DNA from: an uncultured delta proteobacterium
Lineage (GTDB): Bacteria; Desulfobacterota; Desulfobacteria; Desulfobacterales; SG8-13
Length of the DNA: 64,000 nucleotides
Direction: 5' to 3'
Assembly (NCBI GenBank): GCA_963848135.1
Contig: CAWKCK010000003.1
Coordinates: 744,001 to 808,000 of the forward strand
The translations under genes and the position numbers were made by a program. Of this stretch, positions 61,599 to 64,000 are shown one piece after another (positions within the stretch are counted from its first letter, which is position 1; every line of letters starts with the position of its first letter). The notes under the pieces are model-generated. The model had not been told where the DNA came from. It saw only the letters and a list, made by a program, of their open reading frames with translations, and ran no database searches.

Positions 61599-62348
61599 TT
61601 AGTGAATGAAGTTTTCAAAAATACGATAGGCAGCGCGCACCGAACGGCTGTCTTCGGGCAGTTCTATGGTTGGGCGGCCATCAAGATCGAATTGGTATAC
61701 GGATTCGTCGGCGGGAACGGTCCCGGCGAATTCAAGCCCACCGGTTTCAAGGATTTCGCGAACCGCATCTGACGGCGGCTCCTTGACCTGGTTGATGATG
61801 GCACAACTCTTTCCAACGACGATATTAAGATCGCTGGCCAGCTTGTTGATGCGCACGGCGGCCTGTATACTCCGGCGGGATGTATCCGAGACCACCAGAA
61901 GTAAATCCACATTTTGAGTGGTCAGGCGGCTGATATGTTCCATACCGGCTTCGTTGTCCATGACAAGGTACGGATAGTTGTCCTGAAGGCGATCGAGAAA
62001 GTTTGTCAGCAGGGTATTGGCCGCACAGTAACAGCCGGCACCTTCGGGTTGACCCATTACGATAAGATCGTATCCTTCTCCCTCCACTATCGCTTCCTCG
62101 AGGCGCATTTCCATGAAGATATCCTTCGTCATACCGCTGGGAACTTGGCCTTTTTTCATGTCCTCGCGAGCGTTCCCGAGGGTGGTGTTTAATTTGAGGC
62201 CCAGGACCTCGTTGAAATTGGCGTTGCAGTCGGCGTCGACCGCCAAGACGGGGGTCTTGCCGGCTTTAACCATATATTTGACCAACAATCCGGCAAGAGT
62301 TGTTTTACCGGTTCCGCCTTTACCGGCGAGAGCAACTGAGAATGGCAT
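61599..62348 (-). CDS. CooC/AcsF-type nickel-insertion ATPase (CODH/ACS maturation)
   Basis: GKGGTGKTT, VDAD.N.N, GCYC metal motif, DNEAGMEHISR; AAGGAG RBS. Confidence 0.92.
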   Translation of the reverse strand: MPFSVALAGKGGTGKTTLAGLLVKYMVKAGKTPVLAVDADCNANFNEVLGLKLNTTLGNAREDMKKGQVPSGMTKDIFMEMRLEEAIVEGEGYDLIVMGQPEGAGCYCAANTLLTNFLDRLQDNYPYLVMDNEAGMEHISRLTTQNVDLLLVVSDTSRRSIQAAVRINKLASDLNIVVGKSCAIINQVKEPPSDAVREILETGGLEFAGTVPADESVYQFDLDGRPTIELPEDSRSVRAAYRIFENFIH

Positions 62349-62403
62349 CTGATTTTTCTCCTTTTCGTGCGAATATTAGCACAGTTTTCAATCGTGTTGA
62401 ATT

Positions 62404-62432
62404 TATTTAGGCCAGTTGAGCCATACAGTCAA
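62404..62432 (-). promoter_or_regulatory. sigma70-type promoter of the CooC-HDAC operon
   Basis: TTGACT-N17-TAAATA on the minus strand, about 55 bp upstream of the start codon. Confidence 0.5.
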
Positions 62433-62788
62433 GTGTCATCGGATCCGGATTACCGTGAGAGAAATTATTGAATGCCCCCCCAGTCCATAGGCATATCAGG
62501 CAGATTGGCTGGCAATCTTAACGGGTCTCAAATACCTTGCCAAGGAGGCGAATCATGTGCTAATTGTTACAAAATCATATAAATATCAATACTATCGGAA
62601 TTGCAAAATCAAATCACGCTTCGATCGGATACGAGGATATTCATCAACTTTATAGTGGGGCAGACCGGTGAAGAATCAAGGGCAATGTTCGAACGGTAAG
62701 CCCCTTTATCGCAACGTATTCTTCAAGCCAATGAAATGAGTGTGAGTGACGACGAACGAGTAATGTCCAAACGATCACAGGAGGATGC

Positions 62789-63943
62789 ATGGAATTTGAA
62801 CTGAACAAAACGCAGAAAGATATCCAGAAAGCCGTAAGAGAGTTCGCTCGAGGAGAGTTTGACAAAGATCTGATCCTGGAACTTGAAAAAAAACATGAAT
62901 TTCCAGAAAAAATATGGCGCAAGGCCTGTGATCTTGGATTGATCGGCGTCCACTTTCCGGAAGAGTACTCCGGGCAAGGTTTGGGCTGTCTTGAGGATAT
63001 TCTGGTGATCGAGGAGCTGTGCCGCGGAGATTCGACCATGGGCAGCGCGATTGCCCTGTCGAGTTTTGCCTCCGAAATTATTCTGCACTGGGGCAGTGCT
63101 GAAATGAAGGAGAAATACCTATCCGCGGTGGCCGAAGGCCGGATGCTTTCTGCCGGTGCTTTCACAGAGCCGGATCACGGTTCCGATATTACCTTGATGG
63201 ACACTACCGCCGTAAAAGATGGTGACGAATGGGTTATTAACGGTACCAAAACATTTATTACCAATGGGGGCCTCGCCGGATTCTACTCCGTCATGTGCCA
63301 GACTGAATCTGAGGTAAATCCTACCTACCGTGGGATCAGTATGCTTTTGGTCGAGTCCGATCGGAAAGGGCTGTCGACCATGGATGTGGGCAACAAAATG
63401 GGCATTCACATGATGGCCACGGCCGAGGTGAATTTCAAGGACGTTCGGGTTCCCATCCAAAACCTGATCGGGGAGGAGAACAAGGGTTTTTACCATGTGC
63501 TGCATTTTTTTGACGAGAGCCGGATTCAGGTCGCCGCCCAGGCTCTGGGAATCGCCCAGGGTGCCTTCGACCGGGCACTTGATTATGTCAAGAAGCGGGA
63601 ACAGTTCGGCCGAAAAATCGCCCAGTTTCAGGTAACCCAGCACAAACTGGCGGACATGGCCACAAAAATTGAACTGGCGCGTCTTATGACGTACAAGGCG
63701 GCTTGGAATTTCGATCAGGGGCGCATCGATCCGAAGCTGACGTCCATGGCGAAGATGGTCGCGGCCCGGACGGCCGTCGAAGTCGCCGATGAAGCGATCC
63801 AATTGTTGGGCGGATACGGTTATATGACCGAATACGAGGTTGAACGGTTTTATCGTGATGCCAAGATCACAGAGATTTACGAAGGAACCAAGGAGATTCA
63901 GAAGAATACTATCGCCAGTGCTGTGCTGGGCAAGTTAAAGTAA
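62789..63943 (+). CDS. Acyl-CoA dehydrogenase
   Basis: AFTEPDHGSD, NGTKTFITNG, KMG, REQFGRKI..FQ, QLLGGYGY, YRDAKITEIYEGT; AGGAGG RBS. Confidence 0.96.
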   Translation: MEFELNKTQKDIQKAVREFARGEFDKDLILELEKKHEFPEKIWRKACDLGLIGVHFPEEYSGQGLGCLEDILVIEELCRGDSTMGSAIALSSFASEIILHWGSAEMKEKYLSAVAEGRMLSAGAFTEPDHGSDITLMDTTAVKDGDEWVINGTKTFITNGGLAGFYSVMCQTESEVNPTYRGISMLLVESDRKGLSTMDVGNKMGIHMMATAEVNFKDVRVPIQNLIGEENKGFYHVLHFFDESRIQVAAQALGIAQGAFDRALDYVKKREQFGRKIAQFQVTQHKLADMATKIELARLMTYKAAWNFDQGRIDPKLTSMAKMVAARTAVEVADEAIQLLGGYGYMTEYEVERFYRDAKITEIYEGTKEIQKNTIASAVLGKLK

Positions 63944-64000
63944 TTCCCGGCGGCAACACCACCATATACGCTTAGAGTTCCTCAGAGAACAGAAAGAGGG

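Overview
This is a gene-dense, mostly housekeeping bacterial chromosome segment. Gene content and order point to a sulfate-reducing Desulfobacterota (Desulfobacterales-like) organism; this is inference, not a database result. From left to right it holds: recN; a Fur-FeoA/radical SAM/phosphatase/SH3/PfkB/TPR cluster; a sigma54 two-component pair; an intact IS1595-family (IS1016-like) element with TIRs and an 8-bp TSD; a type IV pilus operon (HTH-pilMNOPQ) with a convergent pilotin; serS-thrC; pcm; lpxC-DUF4390-ntrY-ntrX-rsmD-coaD-LysR; comM; mscS; metX-metW; rplU-rpmA-obgE-proB-nadD-rsfS-gpmI; and an acyl-CoA dehydrogenase. I saw no rRNA, tRNA or CRISPR array. Four signals stand out. (1) A two-gene cassette encodes a Zn-dehydrogenase with GHE changed to GEE and a TrpD paralog lacking the anthranilate-carboxylate-binding residues. 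It lies behind a leader with cobalamin-riboswitch-like words and an attenuator-like hairpin, and between two copies of a dispersed repeat; it is a candidate for an undescribed cobamide lower-ligand or aromatic-amine ribosylation pathway. (2) A seven-gene operon places two lysine deacetylases, an AcuB-like CBS sensor, a PrmA-like methyltransferase and an MBL hydrolase between Wood-Ljungdahl-type maturation factors (CooC/AcsF and a RACo-like ATPase). (3) A dispersed two-hairpin REP/MITE-like repeat family has at least 5 copies. (4) An orphan sRNA candidate and a three-way-junction leader are present. All functional calls come from motifs read by eye; no searches were run.
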